From a virus (lineage: Duplodnaviria > Caudoviricetes), in IMG/VR virus record IMGVR_UViG_3300015615_000196, positions 96,001-160,000 of that record: a stretch of DNA of 64,000 nucleotides. The stretch is one strand, 5' to 3'. Position 1 is the stretch's first letter, and each line of letters starts with the position of its first letter. The notes under the pieces are model-generated. The model worked only from the letters and a program-made list of their open reading frames with translations. It did no database searches and was not told the DNA's origin. The translations under genes were made by a program, and so were the position numbers. Below, piece by piece: positions 43,798 through 54,245 of this stretch.

Positions 43798-44622
43798 ATG
43801 GCGTACCCTAAAATCAAGAAAACAAACTTTGTTCTTAATCCACCAAAAGTGGGGTCGGAATATCTTAAATACGGTTTAGAGCGTATTGAGACGTTAATGG
43901 TCAAGTCCGACAAGAAGACCAACTACCTTCCAAAAGGTGTCTCCATTAAAGACATTGATCAAGCAGCCTTTGATTTCGTTAAAAACAAAGATAGCAAAAT
44001 AATCATCGATGGGAAGGATGTACCTGTGATTTTTTTGACCAATGAACGTTGGGCCGAATTCGCCAAAACGTGGCAATATGTCGATCTTGACAAGAACTTA
44101 GTCACACCGTTCATTACAGTGGTACGATCAAATTTCAATCCAGAAGGAACCCGCCTTGGCAAGCGATACAATGTAGCACAGAGAAGATCATTCCGATACC
44201 TTGACGTACCCATTTTAGATGAAGGTCAAGTCATCAATTTACGATTCAAAATTCCTGAACCCGTGAATGTTGACCTCACCTATGAAGTTCGTTTGTTCAC
44301 GAAATATCAAACCAACGTAAACATCTTTGATGAAAAGATTGCAAGAGCATTTGCAAGTAGACAAGCCTACACTTGGATCAAAGGTAATCCTATGCCTATT
44401 ATTCGAGAAGGTACTGCAATGAACAACACCGTTCAAGATGTAAAAGGCGACAGAATGTACGTTCAACAACACACGATTAAAGTACTCGGATTTCTTCAAT
44501 CAGAAGATGACTTCTCAATTGTGAAAACTACGAGACTTCCGAATATCGGAATCGTTATTGATAAAGGTGAGAATATTGGAACTACTGTGAATACTGCTCA
44601 AGTCAACCCACCACAGGAGTAG
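43798..44622 (+). CDS. tail completion / sheath stabiliser (gp15-like)
   Basis: VPVIF..ERW, PFITVVR, PEPVNVDLTYEV; late motif 43786. Confidence 0.6.
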   Translation: MAYPKIKKTNFVLNPPKVGSEYLKYGLERIETLMVKSDKKTNYLPKGVSIKDIDQAAFDFVKNKDSKIIIDGKDVPVIFLTNERWAEFAKTWQYVDLDKNLVTPFITVVRSNFNPEGTRLGKRYNVAQRRSFRYLDVPILDEGQVINLRFKIPEPVNVDLTYEVRLFTKYQTNVNIFDEKIARAFASRQAYTWIKGNPMPIIREGTAMNNTVQDVKGDRMYVQQHTIKVLGFLQSEDDFSIVKTTRLPNIGIVIDKGENIGTTVNTAQVNPPQE

Positions 44623-45280
44623 CTATGATCGCTGGTTCTACCGGAACATAATTCACACGTAAAAGCAAAATCACATCCCACGCATCTGAAAGTGCTTCAT
44701 GCGTAACTGGCCCACGAAGGTTCACACGCTTTTTGCAAAGATCAGTTGATGGTGGTACTTCGTCTGTTTCCCAATCGATGAATTTCAAACTTGGATCGAG
44801 TGATCTGTAGTGAAATTTTATTCCATTTGTTCCCAACGATCCAATGTTGTCGTAGGGATTCCGTCCGACATTTTCGAGAAAACGTTTGTCAAATGAGGCA
44901 AAGTTTTTTCCTGCTGCAACAATTTCAACAACACCACTGGCGTTCTCTTTGAAACCATTTGCAAGTAACCAAAGTCTGAAATCAGCAAATAACTCTTCTA
45001 TGGTAAGAGCATGTTCAGTCAAGAAAGGACTGTTCTCCAATGGAATCTTTATTCCGCTTTTGATGTCGGCAATTGTCGCCATCAATTTCGCATTCATCTT
45101 TGCAGCAACGGCACTAAACATATATTCATCATTTGCTGCGATGATGATTCTACGATACTTCTTCGATTCTTCGTAGGACTTTGGATTCTTGGTGTCCTCA
45201 ATGATGGCGGCAAATTCGAGAATCTGATTTTTCTCGCTATCAATGCCTGTGGTTTCAATGTCTATGGAAACGTAACGCAT
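44603..45280 (-). CDS. DEDDh 3'-5' exonuclease
   Basis: SIDIETTG, GKNFASFDKRFL, HEALSDA. Confidence 0.9.
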   Translation of the reverse strand: MRYVSIDIETTGIDSEKNQILEFAAIIEDTKNPKSYEESKKYRRIIIAANDEYMFSAVAAKMNAKLMATIADIKSGIKIPLENSPFLTEHALTIEELFADFRLWLLANGFKENASGVVEIVAAGKNFASFDKRFLENVGRNPYDNIGSLGTNGIKFHYRSLDPSLKFIDWETDEVPPSTDLCKKRVNLRGPVTHEALSDAWDVILLLRVNYVPVEPAIIATPVVG

Positions 45281-45317
45281 AAAAAAAGGGTTAACTCCAC
45301 AAAGCTAACCCTTTTTC
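45280..45317 (-). terminator. intrinsic terminator
   Basis: AAAAAGGGTTAGC...GTTAACCCTTTTTTT on minus strand after 45334..46113. Confidence 0.7.
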
Positions 45318-45333
45318 TGAATATTTCAAATTC

Positions 45334-46113
45334 TTATGCTACCTTCAATGATGCCAAGACTTGAGGAATAATTTCTTCTACTGCCGGAACAAGTTCACTT
45401 GCCTTGATTGCAGACAATCCGCTTTCTCCTGCTGCAAGTGCACCATGACCAGCTTGTGCTGCATGAATTGCACCGCCAATGCTTGCTGCGAATAGTCCTG
45501 CAACAAGAGTATAAAACACAATATTGTTAACTTTGTCCTTCTTATCTTGCGGAAGGTTCTTGGTGAATGGTGCTGTTAATCTACCAATAAAATCAATGTA
45601 TTTGTGGTGCATATCATGACCCCACTTTTGAGCCTTCTGTCCCCACACGTTTAAATCACCACTACCAACTTTTTTGCCCAAGAACGAAGCAGCTTTACCG
45701 AGTAAATTTGCCATTGATGGGATTGCTGCTGCAACTCCTGCTGCGGTAGCTAAAAGTTCGTTAAGTTGTCCTTGTACTTCTTCTCTGAGTGCTTGCGCCT
45801 CTGCTACTCTTTGTGCTGGTTGCGTTGCTTGCTGCGCTGGTGCTGCCTGTTGTTGACTACCATCATTTACATTCAATTGACCATCATGATTTGCATCTGC
45901 CTTCTGTAAATCGGCAGGAAGTTTTTGAATGAGTTGGTTCATTGCTGCTTCCAATTCTCTTTCCAGATTCGGATCGACTTGTGTCGGATTTTGATTCTGA
46001 GGTTGTTGCGGTGCAGGAGCGGGTTGTATATCTTCGTTGATGCGTTTTTTGACGTTATAGTCCGTCAAATATTTCATTCTTTCAACATGCTCTTTCAAGG
46101 TTTTTTTGCTCAT
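45334..46113 (-). CDS. putative internal head protein with hydrophobic C-terminal helices
   Basis: LKEHVERMKYL..INE N-terminus; LNE motif; late motif 46131-46139. Confidence 0.55.
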   Translation of the reverse strand: MSKKTLKEHVERMKYLTDYNVKKRINEDIQPAPAPQQPQNQNPTQVDPNLERELEAAMNQLIQKLPADLQKADANHDGQLNVNDGSQQQAAPAQQATQPAQRVAEAQALREEVQGQLNELLATAAGVAAAIPSMANLLGKAASFLGKKVGSGDLNVWGQKAQKWGHDMHHKYIDFIGRLTAPFTKNLPQDKKDKVNNIVFYTLVAGLFAASIGGAIHAAQAGHGALAAGESGLSAIKASELVPAVEEIIPQVLASLKVA

Positions 46114-46139
46114 AAAAGACGTGATTTCTCTATAAATAC

Positions 46140-46898
46140 TTAGATAGTAACGTAATTCCCATCAATTGTGAAGGTGTTTCCAGAAGGGTAATTTGTTTTC
46201 TCAATCGGGAATGATTCTGTTGGTGCATTCACAAACTGATCAAATTCAGGATTTACAAGTTCTTTTAGAATCATCTGACTTGGCGCAAGAGAATATGTCA
46301 TAGTTGACATATTCAAAGTAAATTGAACATACAATTTTTCTTGTGTTGTTAATGAACTATTATCATTCACAAACGAATAAAACTTGCCAGATTTTGCAGA
46401 ATAAAATAAAAATTTGGCATAGATCGTTGTTCCTGTTATTGTGTCAATGAAGTCCTGTGACAGATACAGATTGCTGAATTCCATCGTTGCAGTATATTGA
46501 TAGATCGATGACAAAGTCGTCTTCGCAAAATCATAACCATTAAAATATCCAGTATGTATTTTTTTACTGATCTCGTCTTTATAACTATTAAAAATTTGAA
46601 TAATATAAAAACTATTCTTTGCTGCTGTCGTTGTATATGCAGTTGATGCAAATTCTGTTGGTGCAACAGAAGTAACAAATGCAAACCCATTCCAAAATTT
46701 AAATTGAATACTGTAATCGATTGCCGGGTTAAAGCGTCTAACCTCTGCGTCTGACACACCATTAATTGAATCAATTGTCTGATCTTCCACTAAAGAAAGC
46801 ACATCATCATCATAACCCAAAAGATTTCCAGCACCAGTTATTGGGATGGTTATTTTTTGATCGACAAGGCCGTTTAATTTAATTTTGAATCTATTCAT
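46140..46898 (-). CDS. putative structural (baseplate/tail) protein
   Basis: Beta-rich ORF in late operon. Confidence 0.5.
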   Translation of the reverse strand: MNRFKIKLNGLVDQKITIPITGAGNLLGYDDDVLSLVEDQTIDSINGVSDAEVRRFNPAIDYSIQFKFWNGFAFVTSVAPTEFASTAYTTTAAKNSFYIIQIFNSYKDEISKKIHTGYFNGYDFAKTTLSSIYQYTATMEFSNLYLSQDFIDTITGTTIYAKFLFYSAKSGKFYSFVNDNSSLTTQEKLYVQFTLNMSTMTYSLAPSQMILKELVNPEFDQFVNAPTESFPIEKTNYPSGNTFTIDGNYVTI

Positions 46899-46899
46899 G

Positions 46900-48060
46900 T
46901 TATGCACAACGATTGCCTAAGTTATTCAAATTACTCGATGGTTTCTTGTTTACTAAACTATTAGGGCCAAACAGTATGTCACCAAATACTGCATTTGTGT
47001 TCGGGTGATTCAAATCAGGATTTAATGGTAATACAATGTTGTTAAAAAGGTAATGTCTCTTATTCACAAAAGGATAATCGACACCCCTTCCACTAATTGG
47101 ATCAATGTAGCCATTTGGTAGTAGGTCTTTCCATATATAATTTCCTCGATTGTCTACTTTCACAGCATAAGAAGGAATGATCAAATCATTTTCCGTACCA
47201 CCAGTCGCATTTGCTGTTATTGTTTCATCCCCATAATCTCTAATTTTTAACGGAATAAACGGATTGTATTTGAACTGTAGATTTCCGAGATCGTATGGAA
47301 ATAAAACATAATACTCCATTTGATCTTTCAACTCTTCTTCGAAATTAGTATCAACATAAATTACTCGATCACCCTCAAGTACTTGACCGGGATTATATGG
47401 TGGATGTGCCAAAATTGGAATTATTGTTTTGTCTGGTGTGTTGGGGCCAGTAAAATGGATTTGGCTTACTGTTTCTGTTTGAGAATTGCCGTTTTGATTC
47501 GGGTGAAAATCAAAAAACAAATAAAAATTAGTATAGGGTTTTTTGAAAGAATCAACAGCACCTTCGATGTTGAAGTCCATATTAAAATCAAATGCGTACT
47601 CGTAATTGAAAAAAATGTTTCTCGCAAATCCTGCCTTATACACTTCTGCATTACTTAGTTTAGTTACTACTGTATAATTTCTAATGAATGTATTTACTGA
47701 AAGTGCTGTATGTCCTGTTGAAGGATAACACAGGTATACATCAAAACAAGTAAGAAGATTTTTTGTCACTCCGCTCAATTCTTCACCCAAACGTGGAGGA
47801 AAAAAGAAATCTGGAAGTTTTTTGTAAAGTCTTTTTAAACCATTAATGTTTGAAAGAAAATCAATGTTACCATACACACGATATGATTCACTTTCTTGTC
47901 TTTCGGCATTGAATAAATCACTCACACTGATAACAGATGATTCATTATAGGAAAGAAGTTCTTTCGTTGAACTGGTCAAATTGATATTGAAATTCTGATC
48001 AACAACAACCCCATCTACGTTCTTAGCTGAACCCAACTGTAACTGTAATTCTTCACTCAT
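46900..48060 (-). CDS. putative structural (baseplate/tail) protein
   Basis: 386 aa; FNAERQES, WKDLLPNGYID..GVDYPFVNKRHY; TATTTATA upstream. Confidence 0.55.
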   Translation of the reverse strand: MSEELQLQLGSAKNVDGVVVDQNFNINLTSSTKELLSYNESSVISVSDLFNAERQESESYRVYGNIDFLSNINGLKRLYKKLPDFFFPPRLGEELSGVTKNLLTCFDVYLCYPSTGHTALSVNTFIRNYTVVTKLSNAEVYKAGFARNIFFNYEYAFDFNMDFNIEGAVDSFKKPYTNFYLFFDFHPNQNGNSQTETVSQIHFTGPNTPDKTIIPILAHPPYNPGQVLEGDRVIYVDTNFEEELKDQMEYYVLFPYDLGNLQFKYNPFIPLKIRDYGDETITANATGGTENDLIIPSYAVKVDNRGNYIWKDLLPNGYIDPISGRGVDYPFVNKRHYLFNNIVLPLNPDLNHPNTNAVFGDILFGPNSLVNKKPSSNLNNLGNRCA

Positions 48061-48165
48061 ATGGTATAAATAATGAAGATTAAATAAATTTTAGAATCGG
48101 GACAACCTTTAGTAAAAAACCTCGTATAACCAAGCAAAGGGTTAAAAATTTAAACAAAAAACACT

Positions 48166-48711
48166 ATGAAAAGCATGAAAAACGTATTTTCGATCTTTAT
48201 GGTCGCTCTGATTCTGGTCGCATCCAGTTGTTCAAAATCGGATGATCCGACCCCGTCCACACCATCAACACCTACCCAAAGCAATTTGGACAAAGTGAAG
48301 GCTACGTTAAGTGGCACATGGACTTTCCAACAGTTTGTACTGACGGAAGTAGCCAACAGCAAAACTAAGACAATCACATCTTGTGATAAGTCTTCTTTGA
48401 CTGGTTATTTTTCCAATACGAATTGGACAAATCTGACTCCTGAGTTTAATTTTGTTTATGCCAGTGGTATTTCGGCAACAGGAACCAATGCTTGTATTTC
48501 AGCGTCAGCATCATATACGATTACTGTTGTTGAAAATACGGATCATACGGTAACTGTCACGTTGGATGCGGGTGGTAGTGCAAAACAAGTGTACAATGTC
48601 AATGTTAACGACATCACAGCCACTTCGATAAAAGGTACGTTGATCAGCAATGGTAGTGCCGTTTCTTCAACCAACGGTTACACGGTCGTATACACATACA
48701 CGCGATCATAA
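48166..48711 (+). CDS. Bacteroidota-type lipoprotein, lipocalin-like
   Basis: Lipobox VASSC followed by SKSDD; LSGTW motif; ACAAC-N16-CGTATAA upstream. Confidence 0.8.
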   Translation: MKSMKNVFSIFMVALILVASSCSKSDDPTPSTPSTPTQSNLDKVKATLSGTWTFQQFVLTEVANSKTKTITSCDKSSLTGYFSNTNWTNLTPEFNFVYASGISATGTNACISASASYTITVVENTDHTVTVTLDAGGSAKQVYNVNVNDITATSIKGTLISNGSAVSSTNGYTVVYTYTRS

Positions 48712-48729
48712 TTTGAAATAACCAACCAA

Positions 48730-48760
48730 GAAAAGCCTCGCAGATTGTGGGGCTTTTTTT
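48730..48760. terminator. bidirectional intrinsic terminator
   Basis: AAAAGCCTCGC-AGATT-GTGGGGCTTTT plus T-run. Confidence 0.75.
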
Positions 48761-50795
48761 ATATAAGACCAATTCGATTTAAGAATGCAATACAATCAGC
48801 ACTTCCAAACCCCTTAAAAAAATAAGTTCCGGCTTGACCGTTACTGTAAGGGATTGTCATGTGTTTATAATCTGTACCAGTTAATGGTGTCACATCATAT
48901 GGTGGATCAATGCCATTTCTAAATCCTTTCGGTGATGTATCATTCAATGTTGCGTCTCTTAGTATGACTAAATCACTTTTGGGAACATTTATAAAATTTG
49001 TTTCGTGTAGATCAGCACGAGCCATATGAATTGTATTTTTTATTGGCCCACCTATTAATTGTGAGTTATCTTCTGATCCTGCTTTAACTCTATTGTTTGC
49101 ATTTAGCAATTTTGTTCTTCCTGCTTCGTTATCATCTAATCTACTATTGTATACATACTGAGGGAAATACAAACAGAAATTCATGTGCTCTGATGCAAAT
49201 AATCTTATGCTTCCATTGTTAACGTCTGTACCGTTACTTGGGAATTCGTTTACTGTTGTTCCAGTTTCAGCATTGGTCACAACTGCACCTGACGAATAAA
49301 CTATTGTTCTCTTATTTAAGAAATTAGGTAAGGTATTACCTTCATTGTCGTTTCCATCGCTATTTGCAATACCATAAAATTTCGCAACACTATAAAATTC
49401 ACCTGCCAAGAATTTTTTATTTTGTCTTCTCCAATTATTGTTTTGAGTTAAATGTGTTGTGTCGTCCGTATGATATACTGGCGAGTTGTTGTTCTGATCT
49501 GCAACGTTAGCATATTGAGGTATTTTCAATCTCATTCGTCTTGTATTATTTACTCTACTTCTGTAGTCATCTGCTCTATCCATTGGTAGTGCGGTGTCGT
49601 CCGAATAATCAAGAACCATGAATCCATTAAACTCAATGAATACACCTCTTGGATCGTCATCCGGTACAACAACTTCTTGACCGAGTTCGTCTGTGATAAT
49701 TTTTTTTCTATTGCATGGGACAATGTATACGAATTGTCCATTTTCGACATATCTCGTATATTGATCTTGAGTGAGTAATTTATATGCTGTTGGATCAAAC
49801 GAATTACCTGTGATCTGAGCATCAGTAATTGTATTGGGCAAATACAACAACGTCTCGTTGATCAATCCGTTTCGTTTTGTTGCAATCGATGCATTTAAAA
49901 CTTCTCCCGGCCCCTTATCCTCCATTGCATACAATTGTTTAATTGTGTTCCCACCACGACCCCAATGTGCCGATTGACCATCAGTAAATGCTGCCCCAAA
50001 AATTGTGAATGATGCGATTAGTAATGCTCGAATCTTAAAATCTTGTCGAGTAATGCCAATTTCAAAATTTTCTTCATCACCCCAAAATGGTTTTACATCA
50101 ACAGCAACTTCTTGTGTTTCAACATTTGGTAATGTTTCAAGGTCAGTAGAGAATTTTACTTTTGTCCCGTTGTCAGTAAAAAGAACTGGTGAGTAACCAA
50201 GATTGTTAATCATTGTTCCCGGTGTCATCGAATACTTACCAATGTCAGTAATGTCTACTGACATGGTCATTGTTTGAACACCAATTGGTACACCAAAAAT
50301 CATGTAGTCACCAGATTGATTTGTAACTGTCGTGTACTTGTAGTATTTTTTATATACCTCTAAAAATGTAGGGTTCGTTGTGATCTCTTCTTTTGTTGGA
50401 AACGTACCAACGGGTACTGTCGGTGCGTATTGTCCGGCTACAAGGAATGGATTATTGACTGCTACTCTTGGAAGGAGGTTGTATTTTACCCCATCAAGGT
50501 CTTTGTCTCTTGGGGATGAATAGGGGTACACCGCATAGATTTCACCGTTTGCCTTGTCTTCGTCTGATACTGGAATGAAGACTGATATTTTAGCATTCGG
50601 TATCCCAATGCCTCCATTTGCTATTACTCTACCAACTACAACCCCGTAGTTGGCATTGAAGGTTCCATAGATGTCTTTTTGGCTTATTTTGAGGGATAAA
50701 ATCTCGAAGAAATCAACATCGTTTTCCAGACGCATCGTCAAGTATTTATCTGTACCACCCGCAGTGGTGCGTAGTCTGACGGACTTGTTTCCCAT
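48759..50795 (-). CDS. putative baseplate/tail-associated structural protein
   Basis: 678 aa; GVVVGRV..GIPNAKISVF, TNQSGDYMIFGVP; late motif 50816-50824. Confidence 0.6.
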   Translation of the reverse strand: MGNKSVRLRTTAGGTDKYLTMRLENDVDFFEILSLKISQKDIYGTFNANYGVVVGRVIANGGIGIPNAKISVFIPVSDEDKANGEIYAVYPYSSPRDKDLDGVKYNLLPRVAVNNPFLVAGQYAPTVPVGTFPTKEEITTNPTFLEVYKKYYKYTTVTNQSGDYMIFGVPIGVQTMTMSVDITDIGKYSMTPGTMINNLGYSPVLFTDNGTKVKFSTDLETLPNVETQEVAVDVKPFWGDEENFEIGITRQDFKIRALLIASFTIFGAAFTDGQSAHWGRGGNTIKQLYAMEDKGPGEVLNASIATKRNGLINETLLYLPNTITDAQITGNSFDPTAYKLLTQDQYTRYVENGQFVYIVPCNRKKIITDELGQEVVVPDDDPRGVFIEFNGFMVLDYSDDTALPMDRADDYRSRVNNTRRMRLKIPQYANVADQNNNSPVYHTDDTTHLTQNNNWRRQNKKFLAGEFYSVAKFYGIANSDGNDNEGNTLPNFLNKRTIVYSSGAVVTNAETGTTVNEFPSNGTDVNNGSIRLFASEHMNFCLYFPQYVYNSRLDDNEAGRTKLLNANNRVKAGSEDNSQLIGGPIKNTIHMARADLHETNFINVPKSDLVILRDATLNDTSPKGFRNGIDPPYDVTPLTGTDYKHMTIPYSNGQAGTYFFKGFGSADCIAFLNRIGLI

Positions 50796-50931
50796 AGAAT
50801 TTGACTATTGTTTTTTATAAATACAAATTAAAGAAATTCCTGATTTTGCCCTGAAAGAAAGTATTTATAAAAAAAAGTTTGAATTCACAGTCGAATTTAA
50901 TCATATAAACTAAATCATTCAAAGACAAAAC

Positions 50932-53667
50932 ATGGCAAGCAATTTTGTATTCGTGTCTCCGGGAGTTAAGTTCAAAGAAAGAGACCTTTCATTTGTTTCA
51001 AAAAACGTTGGTTTAACAACCCTTGGTTTGGTCGGTGAGACCCCTAAAGGGCCAGCGTTCCAACCCATCGCAGTTTCAAGCAAAGCGGATTTAACTTCAA
51101 GATTTGGGAGTCAATCAGTTGAAAAGTACCCTAACGGAGATTTGAAGTTCCAACTTCCTTACGTTGCAAACGCATACATGGATGAATCAGACCAGTTAGT
51201 AGTCACCAGATTACTCGGTCTATCGGGTTATCAAGCAGGAACAGCTTGGGGTTTAAGAGTAAGTGCTGGTATTGATCTTTCAACAACTGGCGTTACTTCA
51301 ACCGGAACATCAGTAGCAGCATTCAGTGGTAGCATGTACTTAGGTACACCAATTACTAATGTTGGACAAACTGGAACCATCTTCACAGGTTACACCAAAT
51401 TCAACGCAACACAATTCCAAACAATTGTAAGAGACTTCAAAGTACTCACCCTTTCATTAGGTTCAGGTACTGTTCAAGTAACAGGCACTACAGTAACTGG
51501 TTCTTCACTTTCAGAATTCGAAGGAATGGTATTGGCAGTTGTAAGATCAAGAGCAAATATTGAAGACGTTGTTGACGGTTCACCTGTAACAACCTTCGAT
51601 GCGACTCAACTCCAAATGGTTGCCAACAACACCACACTTGGTGCTGGTGACTTCTTCGGCAAATTTACATTGAGAGCAGGAACTGGTATCACGAACACGG
51701 AAGACTATATCGTGTCGTTGAATCCTGACGGAAGAGAATTCATCACAAACGTACTTGGTGACAAACCAAAAGGTAAGAACACCAAAGTATACGTTGAGTC
51801 AGTATATCCTGACCTTATCAGAAAATTAGACGCTGATGGTGTTGCTTACGGTATAAGCACGTCAATCATCAACGCAACAACAAATACATTCACCGACTAC
51901 CGCGAGTCATTCAAGACTCCTGAAACCCCTTGGGTTGTAAGTGAATTGAGAGGTAACAAAATCGAAAGATTATTCAAGTTTATTTCGATTTCAGACGGTA
52001 ACATGGCTAACCAAGAGATTAAAGTCTCTATCGCCAACATCGATCCGATCTCAAGAGAGTTCGACATCGTTGTTCGTGACTTCTATGATACTGATGCGAA
52101 CGTAAACGTTCTTGAGTCATTCACTCGTTGCTCAATGCAAAAGGGATTGACCAACTACATCGGTGCTCGTGTTGGTACTGCTGATGGTGAGTTCACTATT
52201 CAAAGCAACTACTTCGTAGTTGAAATTGATTCAAACGCTCCGGGCGATTCGTTCCCTGCTGGTTTCGAAGGTTACGTAGTCTTCGATTGGGCAAGTGGTT
52301 CAACTGGTTCAGGAGTAAACGGTCAATCACCTGAAATTCTTTACAAGACTGGTTACACAGCATCTGATAGAGTTAACCGAGTTTACTTGGGTATTTCTGA
52401 AAGAGCATTTGATGCAAACGGTTTAGTTGGTACAGGTATCGACCAGAACTTCTACAACTACAACGGACTTGACATTAGCGCAAGCAACGGTAACGCACCG
52501 TCTGGCTATATCAAGACCAAAGGTTATCACTTAGATTCAGCAGCAACTGGCTCAAGCTATGTTGATGGATTGAATGTAATTGGATCATTCGTAGTTGGTG
52601 CTGCATCTTTCCAGACTGCAAGTGATGTAACTAACCCATCAAATCCTTACAGCAACAAAGCTGCACGTAAGTTTACATTCGCACCTTACGGTGGTTTCGA
52701 TGGTTGGAACGAACACAGATTCGTAAGAAGTATCACAGACCTTTACAAGAAAGGTGGTATCTATGATGGTGTTCCAGCAGGTGCAACTCCGAACAACGAT
52801 TACCAAGCATGGGAATTGGGTGTTGCAACATTCCAGAACAGTGAGGAAGTTACGATCAACGTATTTGCAACTCCGGGTATCAATTGGAGTGACAACATCG
52901 GCCTCGTAAACGAAACAATCGAAATGATCGAACAGAAGAGAGCAGACTCGTTGTATATCATCGATGCTCCTGATGTTGAAGATTCTCCTTCAATGGCAGA
53001 TGATCTTGTCGATCTTCTTGACAGCACAGACATTGATTCAAACTACAGTGCAACATTTGCACCTTGGGTTCAAATCAAAGACTCTATCAATAACCAGAAC
53101 GTATACATCCCGCCTACCGCAGAAGTTGTGAAGTCAATTGCCTTCACTGACAATATCAAGTTCCCTTGGTTTGCACCTGCTGGTTTGCAGAGAGGCGTTA
53201 CTGACGCGATCAGAGCAAGAAGAAAACTTTCTCTTGATGAAAGAGACACATTGTACGCAGGTCGTATCAACCCTATGGCAACATTCGCTGATACTGGCGT
53301 AGCAATCTTCGGTCAAAAGACATTGCAGAAGAAAGAGTCTGCTCTTGACAGAATCAACGTAAGAAGACTGTTGTTACAGTTGAGAGTGTTGATCTCTAAC
53401 ATCGCAGTAAGATTACTTTTCGAACAGAACGATCAAACTACAATCGATGAATTCTTAGCAAAGGTTAATCCAATCTTGGAAACCGTTAAGAGAGAAAGAG
53501 GACTTGAAGACTTCAAGGTTGTAATGGATAGTTCAAATAATACTCCTGAAACAAGAGACAGAAATGAATTGTATGGTGAAATCTTCATCAAGCCTACCAA
53601 GGCAGTTGAATTTATCGGTTTGACCTTTACGATTACTCCTTCTGGTGCTTCTTTCGATAATATCTAA
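50932..53667 (+). CDS. tail sheath protein (gp18-like)
   Basis: VSPGV..ERDLS, GETPKGP, PWFAPAGLQRG, FGQKTL, DRINVRRL, FEQND. Confidence 0.97.
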   Translation: MASNFVFVSPGVKFKERDLSFVSKNVGLTTLGLVGETPKGPAFQPIAVSSKADLTSRFGSQSVEKYPNGDLKFQLPYVANAYMDESDQLVVTRLLGLSGYQAGTAWGLRVSAGIDLSTTGVTSTGTSVAAFSGSMYLGTPITNVGQTGTIFTGYTKFNATQFQTIVRDFKVLTLSLGSGTVQVTGTTVTGSSLSEFEGMVLAVVRSRANIEDVVDGSPVTTFDATQLQMVANNTTLGAGDFFGKFTLRAGTGITNTEDYIVSLNPDGREFITNVLGDKPKGKNTKVYVESVYPDLIRKLDADGVAYGISTSIINATTNTFTDYRESFKTPETPWVVSELRGNKIERLFKFISISDGNMANQEIKVSIANIDPISREFDIVVRDFYDTDANVNVLESFTRCSMQKGLTNYIGARVGTADGEFTIQSNYFVVEIDSNAPGDSFPAGFEGYVVFDWASGSTGSGVNGQSPEILYKTGYTASDRVNRVYLGISERAFDANGLVGTGIDQNFYNYNGLDISASNGNAPSGYIKTKGYHLDSAATGSSYVDGLNVIGSFVVGAASFQTASDVTNPSNPYSNKAARKFTFAPYGGFDGWNEHRFVRSITDLYKKGGIYDGVPAGATPNNDYQAWELGVATFQNSEEVTINVFATPGINWSDNIGLVNETIEMIEQKRADSLYIIDAPDVEDSPSMADDLVDLLDSTDIDSNYSATFAPWVQIKDSINNQNVYIPPTAEVVKSIAFTDNIKFPWFAPAGLQRGVTDAIRARRKLSLDERDTLYAGRINPMATFADTGVAIFGQKTLQKKESALDRINVRRLLLQLRVLISNIAVRLLFEQNDQTTIDEFLAKVNPILETVKRERGLEDFKVVMDSSNNTPETRDRNELYGEIFIKPTKAVEFIGLTFTITPSGASFDNI

Positions 53668-53721
53668 AATGGTAGTATTTATCAGAAAAGCAATAACATT
53701 AAAGTTTTGAACTAAAAAATA

Positions 53722-54210
53722 ATGGCAGAATTACTCAGAGGTATCCCGGTTGACTTTGAACCTAAAAGAAAGAACCGATTCGTATTAGAGTTCCCTACTG
53801 AACTTGGGATCGAATCGTGGAAAGTCCAGACCGTTACCAGACCAAAGTTGGAAATCAACTCTGTTGAAGTTCATTGGATCAACACCGTGAACTATGTAGC
53901 AGGTAAAGGTAAGTGGCAACCAATCGACATCGAATTTATCGATACGCAAGGCCCATCTACTTCTACTGAATTGATGGAATGGGTTCGTCTTGAATTCGAA
54001 TCGTTGACTGGTCGTATGGGTTATGCAGCAGGATACAAGAAGACACTCATTTTGAAAGCACTTGACCCAACTGGTGTTGAAGTTGAAAAGTGGGAATTGA
54101 GAGAGTGTATGATCACCAACGTAGAGTTCGGTGAAAACTCACAAGAAGATGATGGATTGCAAACCGTAAAAATCACGGTACAACCATTCATGTGTATCCT
54201 CAACTACTAA
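53722..54210 (+). CDS. tail tube protein (gp19-like)
   Basis: EPKRKNRF, AGKGKW, EWV, GYAAGYKK, VEKWEL; follows sheath. Confidence 0.93.
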   Translation: MAELLRGIPVDFEPKRKNRFVLEFPTELGIESWKVQTVTRPKLEINSVEVHWINTVNYVAGKGKWQPIDIEFIDTQGPSTSTELMEWVRLEFESLTGRMGYAAGYKKTLILKALDPTGVEVEKWELRECMITNVEFGENSQEDDGLQTVKITVQPFMCILNY

Positions 54211-54245
54211 TAGCCTTTTTTACCTTAGAAGGATTAGTTATAGAC

